This document shows, in pieces, positions 8,865 through 17,959 of a DNA stretch of 38,427 nt. The DNA comes from a virus: positions 1 through 38,427 of IMG/VR virus record IMGVR_UViG_3300037882_000760, one strand, 5' to 3'. Positions within the stretch are counted from its first letter, which is position 1, and each line of letters begins with the position of its first letter. Under the pieces are notes generated by a model that had not been told where the DNA came from, ran no database searches, and was given only the letters and a program-made list of their open reading frames with translations. The translations under genes were made by a program, and so were the position numbers.

Positions 8865-9459
8865 TTTTCGCCTTTCTGCCTCTTTTCTTAGGGGCTTCTT
8901 TTATTTCTAGTTTGGCTCTTTCAGGCAATACTAAGTTTGCAAAATTAACGGGCGCAAGCTTTGGCAAGTCTTCAAAATGTGGAATAGCTTGAAATGCTCT
9001 ATCCTCTGGTGCCCAAGGTAAAACAATACTTACTCCATGGTCGTCAATTACAGTAATCACATGATAAAAGTGCTTTAGCTCTAAAACCGTTTTAAAAACA
9101 TCACCACACCATATCGGCTTTGTATATTCTAAATTGTCAGGGTAGCTATCGTGAAACACAATAGCACCGCCTTCATTCAAACATTCAATAGCATTTTCAA
9201 AATCTTTCATCGATTGTGCCGCGGTATGAAGCCCATCAATAAAAATCAAATCAAAGGTATTTTTATTCTGCTTGAAAAACTCATCGCTTGTACCTTTAAA
9301 ATCGGGCTTTGCGTTATTGTCAGGGTCAACGCAAAATTTATTCTTTGCCTTGATTTTATTAAAGTTTTGATCCCTCGTTTGGGTTCCAATCTCCAAGTAA
9401 TCAACATACCCATAAGTATCGATTAACTTGTTTAAAACGTCCGTTCTAGTTGCGTTCAT
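8851..9459 (-). CDS. Class I SAM-dependent methyltransferase (Methyltransf_24 / TylF-like, sugar O-methyltransferase type)
   Basis: 202 aa. Motif I YLEIGTQTRDQ, then FDLIFIDGLHTAAQSMKDFENAIECLNEGGAIVFHD. Basic K-rich tail. Confidence 0.7.
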   Translation of the reverse strand: MNATRTDVLNKLIDTYGYVDYLEIGTQTRDQNFNKIKAKNKFCVDPDNNAKPDFKGTSDEFFKQNKNTFDLIFIDGLHTAAQSMKDFENAIECLNEGGAIVFHDSYPDNLEYTKPIWCGDVFKTVLELKHFYHVITVIDDHGVSIVLPWAPEDRAFQAIPHFEDLPKLAPVNFANLVLPERAKLEIKEAPKKRGRKAKSETA

Positions 9460-10117
9460 AATATTTAGCTTTTATTGTTTTACGATGCTTATAAATAAAG
9501 GCTGTCATTAGCCTTTCTAAAATAAATGGATGGTAAGTGTAATAAGGCCTATCAAATATCTCGATTAATCTTTCGCCTTTAATCGCGCCTTTATATCCGC
9601 TATTCAAATTAATAATAGGCTGTAAGTCTGGGTGCTCGTCAAGGCAATCAATAGCCAATTCTAAATAAGGTAAATAAGACTGCCAAACCTCTTTACTAGC
9701 GATAAAATGATTTTGAAGTACTTGTACTGTGTTCAATGGCTTATCGGTATAGTCTAGCCCGATTTCACCACAAAGTATCTTAAAGGCTTTTGAGAAGTTT
9801 TTGTGAAAGTTTTCGGCCTGTCTTATGGTGTTGTTATTCCTAAGATGTCCAAAGAAGCTGATAACATCGGCATCTGGATTTAATTTCTCAACAAAATCAA
9901 CCCTACCCTTATGATATATGTAAAGCTTATCGTAAAACTTCCAAGACCATACACCAAAGTGTGATTCTTTAAGGTGTTCACCATTTAGCCCTAAATCAAG
10001 TATTACTGAGTTTTCAAGGTACTTTGTTTCTTTGCCTGAGTTATTATATAGGTTAGCACCGTGGAAACACTTAGTCCATGATTTATCGTCAAAATATATC
10101 TGCCAGATATTAACCAT
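9446..10117 (-). CDS. Hypothetical protein, first large gene of the glycan cassette
   Basis: 223 aa (IWQIYFDD...YLENSVILDL...FGVWSWKFYDK...HPFILERL). I cannot name a family. Overlaps the methyltransferase gene by 14 nt. Confidence 0.55.
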   Translation of the reverse strand: MVNIWQIYFDDKSWTKCFHGANLYNNSGKETKYLENSVILDLGLNGEHLKESHFGVWSWKFYDKLYIYHKGRVDFVEKLNPDADVISFFGHLRNNNTIRQAENFHKNFSKAFKILCGEIGLDYTDKPLNTVQVLQNHFIASKEVWQSYLPYLELAIDCLDEHPDLQPIINLNSGYKGAIKGERLIEIFDRPYYTYHPFILERLMTAFIYKHRKTIKAKYYERN

Positions 10118-10295
10118 TGACTATCTTTTTTGCCGCATGAATGATTGCGTACTTATTGCATTTGCTGCATCCGATAGGTCGTTTTAAAACCTTGTTTACT
10201 TCTTTACAAAGGTCTAATATCTTTTGGACTTTCTGCTTATCTGTTAACTTGCAGCTTCCATCTATTCCTAAGACTTCATTAAGTAGTTGTTGCAT
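10110..10295 (-). CDS. Hypothetical small protein
   Basis: The track ORF starts at TTG (10301); the first ATG is at 10295 (MQQLLNEV...). Contains C-x28-CSKC. Overlaps the downstream ORF by 8 nt. Confidence 0.45.
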   Translation of the reverse strand: MQQLLNEVLGIDGSCKLTDKQKVQKILDLCKEVNKVLKRPIGCSKCNKYAIIHAAKKIVNG

Positions 10296-10321
10296 ATCCA
10301 AATGTATGCAAAAATTTATGC

Positions 10322-10346
10322 AAAAAAAAGAGGGGCGAACCCCTCC
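10322..10346 (-). terminator. Strong rho-independent terminator after the capsid/tube genes
   Basis: The minus-strand RNA GAGGGG-UUCG-CCCCUC has a 6 G/C-rich bp stem and a UUCG tetraloop, followed by U8. It lies 22 nt past the stop at 10368. Confidence 0.8.
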
Positions 10347-10367
10347 TTTATTTTAAGTGCCTAAAAA

Positions 10368-10919
10368 TCAAACCACATAGCTTTCAATCAATGCAAGCGT
10401 AGTGGCTGCATCGGTAATAAAGAAACGTTTCGGGATTGTTCTTTCTTCACCTACGAATGTTAAGACATCAGAGATATCAGCCGAACTATCAACGCCAGTA
10501 TTTCTAACGCCTGCAGTCATTTCCATACCGTTGCTACCTCCTAAAATATAGAAGTCTCCGTTGTTGTCCTGCGAAACGATAAAGATATCGTCAGCCACCG
10601 CAAGGTCTTGAATTACACCATCGTCTGTCGGAGTAGTACTAATCAGCTTGGCAATAAAGTCATGATTGTACGACTTCTGTCCGCCTGCTGCTGTTACCAT
10701 TGTATATCCGAATTGATGGCTTTTCTTCATTCCCTCAAACTCATAAAGACCTGCATAGGTATTGAAATCTAAAGAGGCAATATAAGTTGTGCTTTCGGTA
10801 TCAATGGGAGTGCCCAGATTAGAAATCTGACCTACCCAAAACCTTGTTTTAGCTCCGCCAACTCTTCTGCGGTCATCGCAGCTGACAGTTATTCCATTTT
10901 GAATTAAACAGTTACTCAT
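10368..10919 (-). CDS. Putative major tail (tube) protein
   Basis: 183 aa. GGAKTRFWVGQ resembles the gpV-type GAGTTLWV start. Directly follows the capsid gene. It is the only gene here with a clear AAGGAGG SD, 7 nt upstream of its ATG, and it is followed by a strong terminator, which suggests an abundant product. Confidence 0.5.
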   Translation of the reverse strand: MSNCLIQNGITVSCDDRRRVGGAKTRFWVGQISNLGTPIDTESTTYIASLDFNTYAGLYEFEGMKKSHQFGYTMVTAAGGQKSYNHDFIAKLISTTPTDDGVIQDLAVADDIFIVSQDNNGDFYILGGSNGMEMTAGVRNTGVDSSADISDVLTFVGEERTIPKRFFITDAATTLALIESYVV

Positions 10920-10933
10920 TGGCTACCTCCTTA

Positions 10934-11947
10934 TTAATAGATTAATACATCAAGGTCGCAGAATTTACGCTGATAACCCATTCTCCAATATCCCTCAAAA
11001 TAGAACTTGCGGTCTTTTCTTTCGTACCATCCTGCGATGTTTTCGATATCCTGAGGTCTGTCGGTTCCTAGGAAGTGGTTAGCCTTTGTAGTAAGGATTA
11101 CAAAGTTTTCCATTGTGTTATACAAAGGGTTATCGGGGTCAGCAAGTAAGGTATCTGCATATCTTACCGCGATTACTGGGATACCGTAGAATCTCATTGA
11201 TGGCACACCGTTTTGTAAGTATGTCATTTGGATTTCAGTGGTTCCAAGTTGAGTGTAAGAAGCTAACAAGTTATCGAAAACTTGACCAGTTACATAGAAT
11301 CTAAGGTCAGGCTGTGACTTCAAAATCTGTGTAGCTCTACCCCAAGCATTTCTCAAAGCATCTAAAGCCTCGTTATCTCCTAAAGCACCGCTGAATTGGC
11401 CGCTTTGACCTTGTACGCAATATGATTCGATTTCTCCACCTTCGGCCAAACCTGCAACAAGCGAAGGAATCATACCTGTAAAGGCATTCCAATCAGCGTT
11501 ACCATCATTAGCATCACCAAACAAGGCAAATCTGAACGCATCCAATCTTTGGGCATCAGTTAGTAAAGTGTTGATAATTCTTTGAAGTTGTGTTCCATCG
11601 ATATTGAATTCATCAATACCTTGTCTTAACCACTCTTCAGCTAAGATGTTTCCAGCGCCTTCGAAATCTGTTTTACAAAACTCCGCGTTGATTTCCAAAG
11701 GAACCAAGCTAAGGGTTGTATTTGTGATCTGCTTAACGCCACTAAAAGTACGCTCGCAACCTGTGGCCGCGGTGGTGATTTTATCAAGTGGAGTTAATAA
11801 TGGGATTTGAAATTTGTATTTCGCACCCGTTAAGATAGTGAATAAGTCACCAAGTGCAGGCGTGTTCTGCACGGGCTTATACATTACCTCGGTGATTAAC
11901 TTACCATCGTAAGTATAATCGAAATTGGTTGTTAAAATTGTTGCCAT
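10934..11947 (-). CDS. Major capsid protein (HK97-fold inferred)
   Basis: 337 aa. Begins 4 nt after the prohead protease gene. Size and position are canonical. No motif was verified. Confidence 0.7.
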   Translation of the reverse strand: MATILTTNFDYTYDGKLITEVMYKPVQNTPALGDLFTILTGAKYKFQIPLLTPLDKITTAATGCERTFSGVKQITNTTLSLVPLEINAEFCKTDFEGAGNILAEEWLRQGIDEFNIDGTQLQRIINTLLTDAQRLDAFRFALFGDANDGNADWNAFTGMIPSLVAGLAEGGEIESYCVQGQSGQFSGALGDNEALDALRNAWGRATQILKSQPDLRFYVTGQVFDNLLASYTQLGTTEIQMTYLQNGVPSMRFYGIPVIAVRYADTLLADPDNPLYNTMENFVILTTKANHFLGTDRPQDIENIAGWYERKDRKFYFEGYWRMGYQRKFCDLDVLIY

Positions 11948-11950
11948 ATC

Positions 11951-13003
11951 TTATCCGAAAAATTCTTTTGCTACTAAATCAAGTCCTTTCATTTGCTCAC
12001 TTTTTGCAGATGGAGCCGCTGCTGCTTTCGCTGGTGCTGATTGATTCCCTTTCAACTTTGCCTTAATAGTGTTAAACTCGCTCATAATGTTTTGAAGATT
12101 CTTAGTCATTTCAGCTTGTTCGGCTTCCATTTTCTCTTTGTCTTCTTTAAACTTAGCAAGCTCATTTTTCAAAGCTTCGTTTTCAGTTTTCAATGCCTCG
12201 GTATCGTCAGCCTCTTTGATTGATTCGATTACACCGCCATCACCAACTACAATTATTCTACCATCCGCAAGGGTATGGTCACCTGTTGGAAGTGGCTCAC
12301 CGCTTTCAGCGAACTTACCTACTTTACCAACCCACTCACCATCTTCCGTTTCAACAACGAAAGCGGTTCCATCAGCCAGTGTGTCCTCAACCATATTCTT
12401 AGCTTGCGCCTTAAATATGGATGTCAACATTTTGCCGAATCGGTCTAAGGCCGAAACTACATCCTGATTTTCTGTCATCCTTTTTTTATCATTTAATTTA
12501 GCTACTGCTTTTCGCTCTTCTCCTATTTGGGTTGCAAACCCTACGTTAACGGCCTTACTAGCATCGAAGTAAGTTTCTGACTTCATTAAGGAATCAATTT
12601 CATCTTCTTTTAAATCTGTGAAACGCTTGTAAAAAGAGATAATCTTTTTCTCTTCCATGTTAAGCATTTCAGCATAAGAGCCTATTTGGTCGGCATCACC
12701 CTCGATAGTTCCCCAAGGATTGTGAATCATCATTTTACTATCTGGCATCATTATTCTAGTATCACCTGCCAACGCTATAACCGTAGCTATTGAGTAACAA
12801 GTACCCTCAACAACGGTGGTAATCGGTTTATTAAGTGACCTTAAATAATTATAGATAGCAAAACCCTCATCAACATAGCCACCCCTTGAATGAATATGAA
12901 CCGTTACAGAATCATATTTCTGTCCGTTTAATTGGTCGGAAATCTTTTTTAAAGTTACCCCTGAGCCTCCGATATCATCATAAACAAAAACGTGTGCCTC
13001 CAT
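11951..13003 (-). CDS. Prohead protease, ClpP/S14 family, with a C-terminal coiled-coil scaffold-like region
   Basis: The track ORF starts at GTG (13030); the ATG is at 13003 (MEAHVFVYDDIGG). Motifs HIHSRGG, GTCYSIATVIALAG (catalytic Ser) and MMIHNPWG (His). The C-terminus is E/K/A-rich. Confidence 0.85.
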   Translation of the reverse strand: MEAHVFVYDDIGGSGVTLKKISDQLNGQKYDSVTVHIHSRGGYVDEGFAIYNYLRSLNKPITTVVEGTCYSIATVIALAGDTRIMMPDSKMMIHNPWGTIEGDADQIGSYAEMLNMEEKKIISFYKRFTDLKEDEIDSLMKSETYFDASKAVNVGFATQIGEERKAVAKLNDKKRMTENQDVVSALDRFGKMLTSIFKAQAKNMVEDTLADGTAFVVETEDGEWVGKVGKFAESGEPLPTGDHTLADGRIIVVGDGGVIESIKEADDTEALKTENEALKNELAKFKEDKEKMEAEQAEMTKNLQNIMSEFNTIKAKLKGNQSAPAKAAAAPSAKSEQMKGLDLVAKEFFG

Positions 13004-13055
13004 ATCCGTTAAAATTAGATAGAAGCACACGCTTAAAGTAAGTATAACTAATGTT

Positions 13056-13304
13056 TTAGTTGCAACTATTAGTGCAATCGTTCTGCAAAGCCTTATAAAC
13101 TTGCCTTTGAGATATTTTAAAACAGTTCATTGTGTGCATTACTGCAAGCTTCTTTTGTTCGTACATCGTCAAAACGGAATTATAGAAGCATTTGACCTCA
13201 CAAAGATTTTCATAAGTACTACTTAAAAGGCCATCTTTATAAAGGTGTTCGGCTTGTTCGGGAGTAATACCGTATTTAGTAGCTGTATGTTTAAAGTTGG
13301 GCAT
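13056..13304 (-). CDS. Small HTH-like protein inside the structural operon
   Basis: 82 aa. CFKISQRQVYKALQN resembles a recognition helix. Overlaps the tape-measure stop by 14 nt. Confidence 0.5.
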   Translation of the reverse strand: MPNFKHTATKYGITPEQAEHLYKDGLLSSTYENLCEVKCFYNSVLTMYEQKKLAVMHTMNCFKISQRQVYKALQNDCTNSCN

Positions 13305-15456
13305 ATCGTTGTTTTACTTGTACTGCTTTTTGGGTTCTATTGATTTGGGTAACATCCACCACGGGAGTAGGTAAGTTTCGCATGATGTCATTAAAGGCAT
13401 TCATTTGTTCGGCTTGATTAATTACAGGCTGACTAACATCACCAACTAATCCACCACTTGCAAAGCCTGGCACCCCTGCGCGCGCTAATCTATCTTTCCC
13501 GATTGCGTGCTGTTGAGAAGCGTTTAGTATTGCTTCGCCTCTTTTAGCTGTAATAACCACATCGTCACCGTTCGACCTTTGAGTAGATTTACCACCTTTA
13601 ATTACACCACCTTGGGCAAATCCTTGAGCATCTATTTGTTGAACTCTAGCAATACCAGAAGCAAAGGCCGCTGCCGCTGCTATTGGTGCCAACACGGGGC
13701 CAACAATAGGAATGCCAACGGTACTATTATAAGCTGCAACCGTACTTGCTAAGGTATCAACATAAGCTTGTAACCTTGCTACCCTCTTATAAGATTCCGC
13801 GTTTTCTTCGGCTATCTTTCTAAGCTCAACCGCGTTACCAGCTCCTCGCTCTTCGGCTTCCGTTGCCCTATCTGCGCTATCTTGCGCTTCCTTTTCAAGA
13901 CCAGAGGCAATACTTCCAAGTGTATCTGATATGATTTGAGCACTCGCAAAAAAGGCTTGTTCGATTGCTTGTTGTACTTCCTCACTTGATTTCTTTGCTT
14001 GCTCTACACTTTCTGCATTGGCTTTGTTCCTATCGGCTAATGCGTTTATTTCAAGCCCTACACGCTCTACAAACTTGTCACTTGCTTCTTTGTTGGCCGC
14101 TGTTTCAATGCCTTCCGTTTGCAAGGCTGCTAATTGAATACCCTTATAATATTCTTGGTATGCCTTTAATTGTTCGTTAAGGCTATTTTGAAGTATGGTC
14201 TTTTTCTTTAGTTCATTTTGTCCAGCGGCATCTAATTCAAGTTGTGAGGTTTCTTTAATTAATTTTAGTTTTAGGTCTAGCTCATCTTTTGAGCCTTTCA
14301 TTGTTAGCAAAAGTTCGCCTTCGATTTGTTCAGCTAATAGTGCAAGTTCTTGCTCACTTACTTCACGGGCTAAGGCTAGTTCGTTTGCCTTTTGTTCACT
14401 TTCAAATCCGCTAGTTTCTTCTTGAATGTCTGCGATTTCAAATTCAACTTGTCTTATTTGTTGCCTTAATTCTAAGTCTCCTTTATTAATACTTAATAGA
14501 GCAAGTAAAATGCCTTTCTTTTTTTCTAACTGTGCAACTACTTCCTGCTCCCGAATATCAACAATTTCGCCAAGTCTTATATTGGCCGCTTCCCTAACTT
14601 CAATCGCATTTCTATCGTCATCCCTAATCTGTCTTTGTTGTTCGGCTAGGTCAAGATTGATTTTTTTATTCCTTTCCGTTTCTAAATTGACAAGTTCCCA
14701 CTCCCTTAATTGAAGTTTTAAGTTGGCTACTATTTGCGCCTGTGCTGCTAATGTTGGGTCGATTAAATTTAATGCGCCTTGTGTTAATGTTTCGAATAAA
14801 CCATCACCCTCACCAAAAGCATCAGCAAGTGAATTACCTAATTTAGTAATGACAAAATCTACTTGGTCAACGGCTGCTTGCAAATCTTTTGCCCCTCTGG
14901 CACTCTTTAAGTAAGCCGCACCCAAAGCACCAATGGCCGCAATACCTGCGGTCACGGGATTAATCATTGACGATACTTGCGAAGTCAAACCGCCAACACT
15001 TACACCCATCACATTAGCATCTAAAGCGGCACCCTTTAAGGCATCACCATAATTACCAACGTTACGCCTAAAGTCTCCCCCTGTTTGTTCGGCTGATTTA
15101 ATCTCATCGTTTAATGACTTGATTTCTTTTTGTAGTTCATCAAAGCGCTTTGCGCCTTCCGCCGTGGTACGGTTTAAATTATTTCTTTCCTTCGTTAAGT
15201 CGGATAATACTTTCCTTTGGGCATTAAGTGAACCAACGACAATCTTGCTTTGGTCGGCTAGTTGTTTCTGGCTTCCTTTAACGTTATCTAATCCACGCTT
15301 TAAAACAATAGCCTCTTTGTTAAGGGTATCAAAAGCATCTGAGTTTATCTCAACGTCCTTTAATTCCTTATTAACCTTCTTTAGCTCGGTTTCAATTTTG
15401 CCAATGGTATCTAAACCTTTGGCTTGCAAGTTTAATATTACGTCTCTTTCTTCCAT
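13291..15456 (-). CDS. Tape measure protein (or tape-measure-like internal protein)
   Basis: 721 aa. Long coiled-coil sequence, a glycine/alanine hydrophobic block (VTAGIAAIGALGAAYL; PIVGPVLAPIAAAAAFASGIA) and a C-terminal GFAQGG/GFASGG. Confidence 0.75.
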   Translation of the reverse strand: MEERDVILNLQAKGLDTIGKIETELKKVNKELKDVEINSDAFDTLNKEAIVLKRGLDNVKGSQKQLADQSKIVVGSLNAQRKVLSDLTKERNNLNRTTAEGAKRFDELQKEIKSLNDEIKSAEQTGGDFRRNVGNYGDALKGAALDANVMGVSVGGLTSQVSSMINPVTAGIAAIGALGAAYLKSARGAKDLQAAVDQVDFVITKLGNSLADAFGEGDGLFETLTQGALNLIDPTLAAQAQIVANLKLQLREWELVNLETERNKKINLDLAEQQRQIRDDDRNAIEVREAANIRLGEIVDIREQEVVAQLEKKKGILLALLSINKGDLELRQQIRQVEFEIADIQEETSGFESEQKANELALAREVSEQELALLAEQIEGELLLTMKGSKDELDLKLKLIKETSQLELDAAGQNELKKKTILQNSLNEQLKAYQEYYKGIQLAALQTEGIETAANKEASDKFVERVGLEINALADRNKANAESVEQAKKSSEEVQQAIEQAFFASAQIISDTLGSIASGLEKEAQDSADRATEAEERGAGNAVELRKIAEENAESYKRVARLQAYVDTLASTVAAYNSTVGIPIVGPVLAPIAAAAAFASGIARVQQIDAQGFAQGGVIKGGKSTQRSNGDDVVITAKRGEAILNASQQHAIGKDRLARAGVPGFASGGLVGDVSQPVINQAEQMNAFNDIMRNLPTPVVDVTQINRTQKAVQVKQRYAQL

Positions 15457-17720
15457 CAGATTGCTATTAATTCAACCAAGGTGCTACTATCGTTCGGGTT
15501 GTACCCATCTATCTTATTGACATAAAAGTACGATTTAAAATAGTCAATGTAAACGGGTATTGTTTGGTCGAGTGTCTGAATATCCAAATCGTTTAGCCTT
15601 ATGTAGCACTTAATAAATTCTAGGTTATCGAGTACCTGTTTATAATCAAGTAAATAATCGTCAAATAAAGCGGTCAATAATGGGTTTCTTATGGTCGCAG
15701 GTGTTGAATAGGATAGTGATTTATCCAATGCCATTAACTCCTGATTGCTTTGGCTTTTATAGAAGTAGGCAAAAGGAATATTATTCGATCCTGTATTATC
15801 CCCATTGATACTCATAGCACTTGTAATACCTCCGTTACTGAATTGGTCTATTGAGTAAGTCCCATCTAAAATTAATATTCTAGGTTCTGACTTAATTTTA
15901 ACCCTACTTATTAAAGCAAGAAATCCCGTTTCATCTGCCACAAATGGAATATCAATAGTAAAACGTTTTTGGCCCCTTGTACTACCAGTTTTCAAGTATG
16001 AATAAATACCATCGTAATTACTAGTACCATAAATCAAAATATATTGCTTTATTGCTTCTGAATCTTGAAATGGAAATAATCCTGTATCTTGTGCGGCCTC
16101 GCTAGTTGTAAAAGTTGTGCCACTACTACCAGAGCTTGAAATCCCTGTAATTGATAACACTTGTAATTCATAACCCGGCAACTTAGCAAGCCTAACCGAG
16201 CCATCAAAACAATCCTTTTCAATAGTGGCCGCAAATGGTGCCTCAAATAAATCTACTATTGGCTCTAAAAATTCATTATCAATATCAAGCGAACCTTGGC
16301 CGTATGGCTCACGATTTAAGTCACTAAGTACTTCTAGCTCTTCATCGTTATTATCTTCTTTGTATGCGAAAATATTAGACTTCCCAAAGTTCGAAATCAG
16401 TTCCTCTTTTTCATAAGTTACTTCTTGACTAAGGTCTAACTTCTCACTCCAATCTTTAGCGTTTACCTTGTCATCCTTTATTTTACTAAATGGCTTTATG
16501 CTTATGGTCTTTGTGAAAATATTATAAGTAGCCACTAATCCAAATGAAACGATTAGCCACCTCAATAAATCCGCTACCGATAAATCGGGAAGGTTTACGG
16601 ATAAATCAACGGTAGAATTAAGGCCATACAATCCCTGTGGGTTAACGGTTAAAGCGCGAGGATTATCGAATAAACTTAAAATACTTACATTAGATACTCC
16701 TGCAGATGTATAAGCGTAAACCTCAACCGTATCACCTATTTGAAACTCACCTTGATAAACTAAAACCTGTGGCCCGATTTGGTCACCTGCAAATATTACC
16801 CCCGTTGGCGCGCCATTATAGTAAAACTCAAACCTTACGGTATTATCAATTGGATTAGCCAAAGAACCGCAAACAAATAAATAGGGGCCATCCTGCCCGA
16901 TTGTGTACGTTCCTGTTAATGGGTCGTAATATCCTAGGTCATCCGCTTCGATAGGTGTATCAAAGATTACCTTTTGTGGAGTTGTGGTTAAATTAAGAAC
17001 CGAACTAATCGCATAGCTAACACTTAAATCATTAGCTATATCTCCGAATGGGCCAAATATTGAATTTGTAAAAGGGATTACAGCCTTTTGATAAAGAATA
17101 TCATTCTCAATCTGATTGTCTAACTTAAACGGGCTATCACTAAAAGCCCTTTCGATAAGTGTTTTAAGAAATACAGCAGGAAGCCAATACCTAAATCCCA
17201 CATCCATTACCGTTTCATAGTCTGATACATCGCTTTGGTCAACCGATACGAAAGCCCCGTAATTAATCCACGGGTAAATGTACCCATCTGTATTACTAAA
17301 GCTTGCGATTATATCCGTTGAGTTGTATTGATGGGCATAGTCTGATAGGTCGATGGTATTTAACTTAACACCTTTAAAGTATTCAAACCAATCACTATTT
17401 GAGCCAAAGAACTCAATTTGAATTGTTCGGGATATTTTGTTAACTCTTAGAATACGGATAAATCCCTTATCGACTAATAAAGTCTTTAAGTAGATTTCAC
17501 AATCTAGCTTTGAATCTATCCCTATTCGGTCTTGTATGTTAAGGTTGTCAGGAAAGCCCAACAAAGCAAGGTTGTTGCTAGTTATTGGAATAGTAAAGTT
17601 ATTTGTATAGCTGCCCTGTCTAGTTCCTAAGTTGGCAAAGTCATTGATTTGAAACGTGAAATAAATATCCACGTTCGCGGTAAGGTCTAATGATTGATTG
17701 TTGATTCTGATTTCTACCAT
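15456..17720 (-). CDS. Large tail/baseplate structural protein
   Basis: 754 aa, immediately upstream of the tape measure gene (stop and start share one nt). No enzymatic motif seen. Confidence 0.6.
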   Translation of the reverse strand: MVEIRINNQSLDLTANVDIYFTFQINDFANLGTRQGSYTNNFTIPITSNNLALLGFPDNLNIQDRIGIDSKLDCEIYLKTLLVDKGFIRILRVNKISRTIQIEFFGSNSDWFEYFKGVKLNTIDLSDYAHQYNSTDIIASFSNTDGYIYPWINYGAFVSVDQSDVSDYETVMDVGFRYWLPAVFLKTLIERAFSDSPFKLDNQIENDILYQKAVIPFTNSIFGPFGDIANDLSVSYAISSVLNLTTTPQKVIFDTPIEADDLGYYDPLTGTYTIGQDGPYLFVCGSLANPIDNTVRFEFYYNGAPTGVIFAGDQIGPQVLVYQGEFQIGDTVEVYAYTSAGVSNVSILSLFDNPRALTVNPQGLYGLNSTVDLSVNLPDLSVADLLRWLIVSFGLVATYNIFTKTISIKPFSKIKDDKVNAKDWSEKLDLSQEVTYEKEELISNFGKSNIFAYKEDNNDEELEVLSDLNREPYGQGSLDIDNEFLEPIVDLFEAPFAATIEKDCFDGSVRLAKLPGYELQVLSITGISSSGSSGTTFTTSEAAQDTGLFPFQDSEAIKQYILIYGTSNYDGIYSYLKTGSTRGQKRFTIDIPFVADETGFLALISRVKIKSEPRILILDGTYSIDQFSNGGITSAMSINGDNTGSNNIPFAYFYKSQSNQELMALDKSLSYSTPATIRNPLLTALFDDYLLDYKQVLDNLEFIKCYIRLNDLDIQTLDQTIPVYIDYFKSYFYVNKIDGYNPNDSSTLVELIAI

Positions 17721-17959
17721 TTCTCATCTGGGCACTCCTCCCAATCTACTTTAATTTTTGCCTTGATAAAACAACCGCACTCTTTACAAAACCCTATCTT
17801 CTTTTTTGGGCATTCATTACAAGTTACAAGCCTATTATACTGTCTAGCTGTCAATGGTGTACTAACAAACCTCCACCAGCCCAATACAATACTATGCAGT
17901 TTGGACTGGTAATCTTTCAGTTGAGCGTATAATAAAAGTGACTTGAAATAATTTATCAT
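17714..17959 (-). CDS. Cys-rich zinc-ribbon-like small protein (DUF6171-like pattern)
   Basis: 81 aa with CNECPKKKIGFCKECGCFIKAKIKVDWEECP. Overlaps the upstream ORF by 68 nt, so the true start is uncertain. Confidence 0.45.
   Translation of the reverse strand: MINYFKSLLLYAQLKDYQSKLHSIVLGWWRFVSTPLTARQYNRLVTCNECPKKKIGFCKECGCFIKAKIKVDWEECPDEKW

Noticed and set aside
10299-10306. TACATTTG -7 box as a promoter for the glycan cassette.
   Set aside because: It matches TAnnTTTG but ends only 3 nt before the ATG at 10295, too close for a normal transcription start unless the mRNA is leaderless. The upstream TTTG spacing (14 nt) is also off.
13965-15520. Chain of plus-strand ORFs (13965-14180, 14195-14425, 14426-14713, 14723-14914, 15119-15520) opposite the tape measure gene.
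   Set aside because: They are S/L/C/F-rich low-complexity translations of the antisense strand of a coiled-coil (E/K/A/L codon) gene. The minus-strand ORF is continuous for 721 aa and has clear tape-measure features. The same reasoning applies to every other plus-strand ORF in the track (for example 3632-3835, 6784-6978, 7042-7242, 8148-8384, 9151-9426, 11113-11304, 12041-12467, 29028-29330 and 36337-36636).
16049-16246. 65-aa minus-strand ORF nested in the 754-aa tail gene.
   Set aside because: It is an alternative frame wholly inside a long, well-supported ORF. Its composition is basic and L/Q-rich, typical of an out-of-frame artefact.
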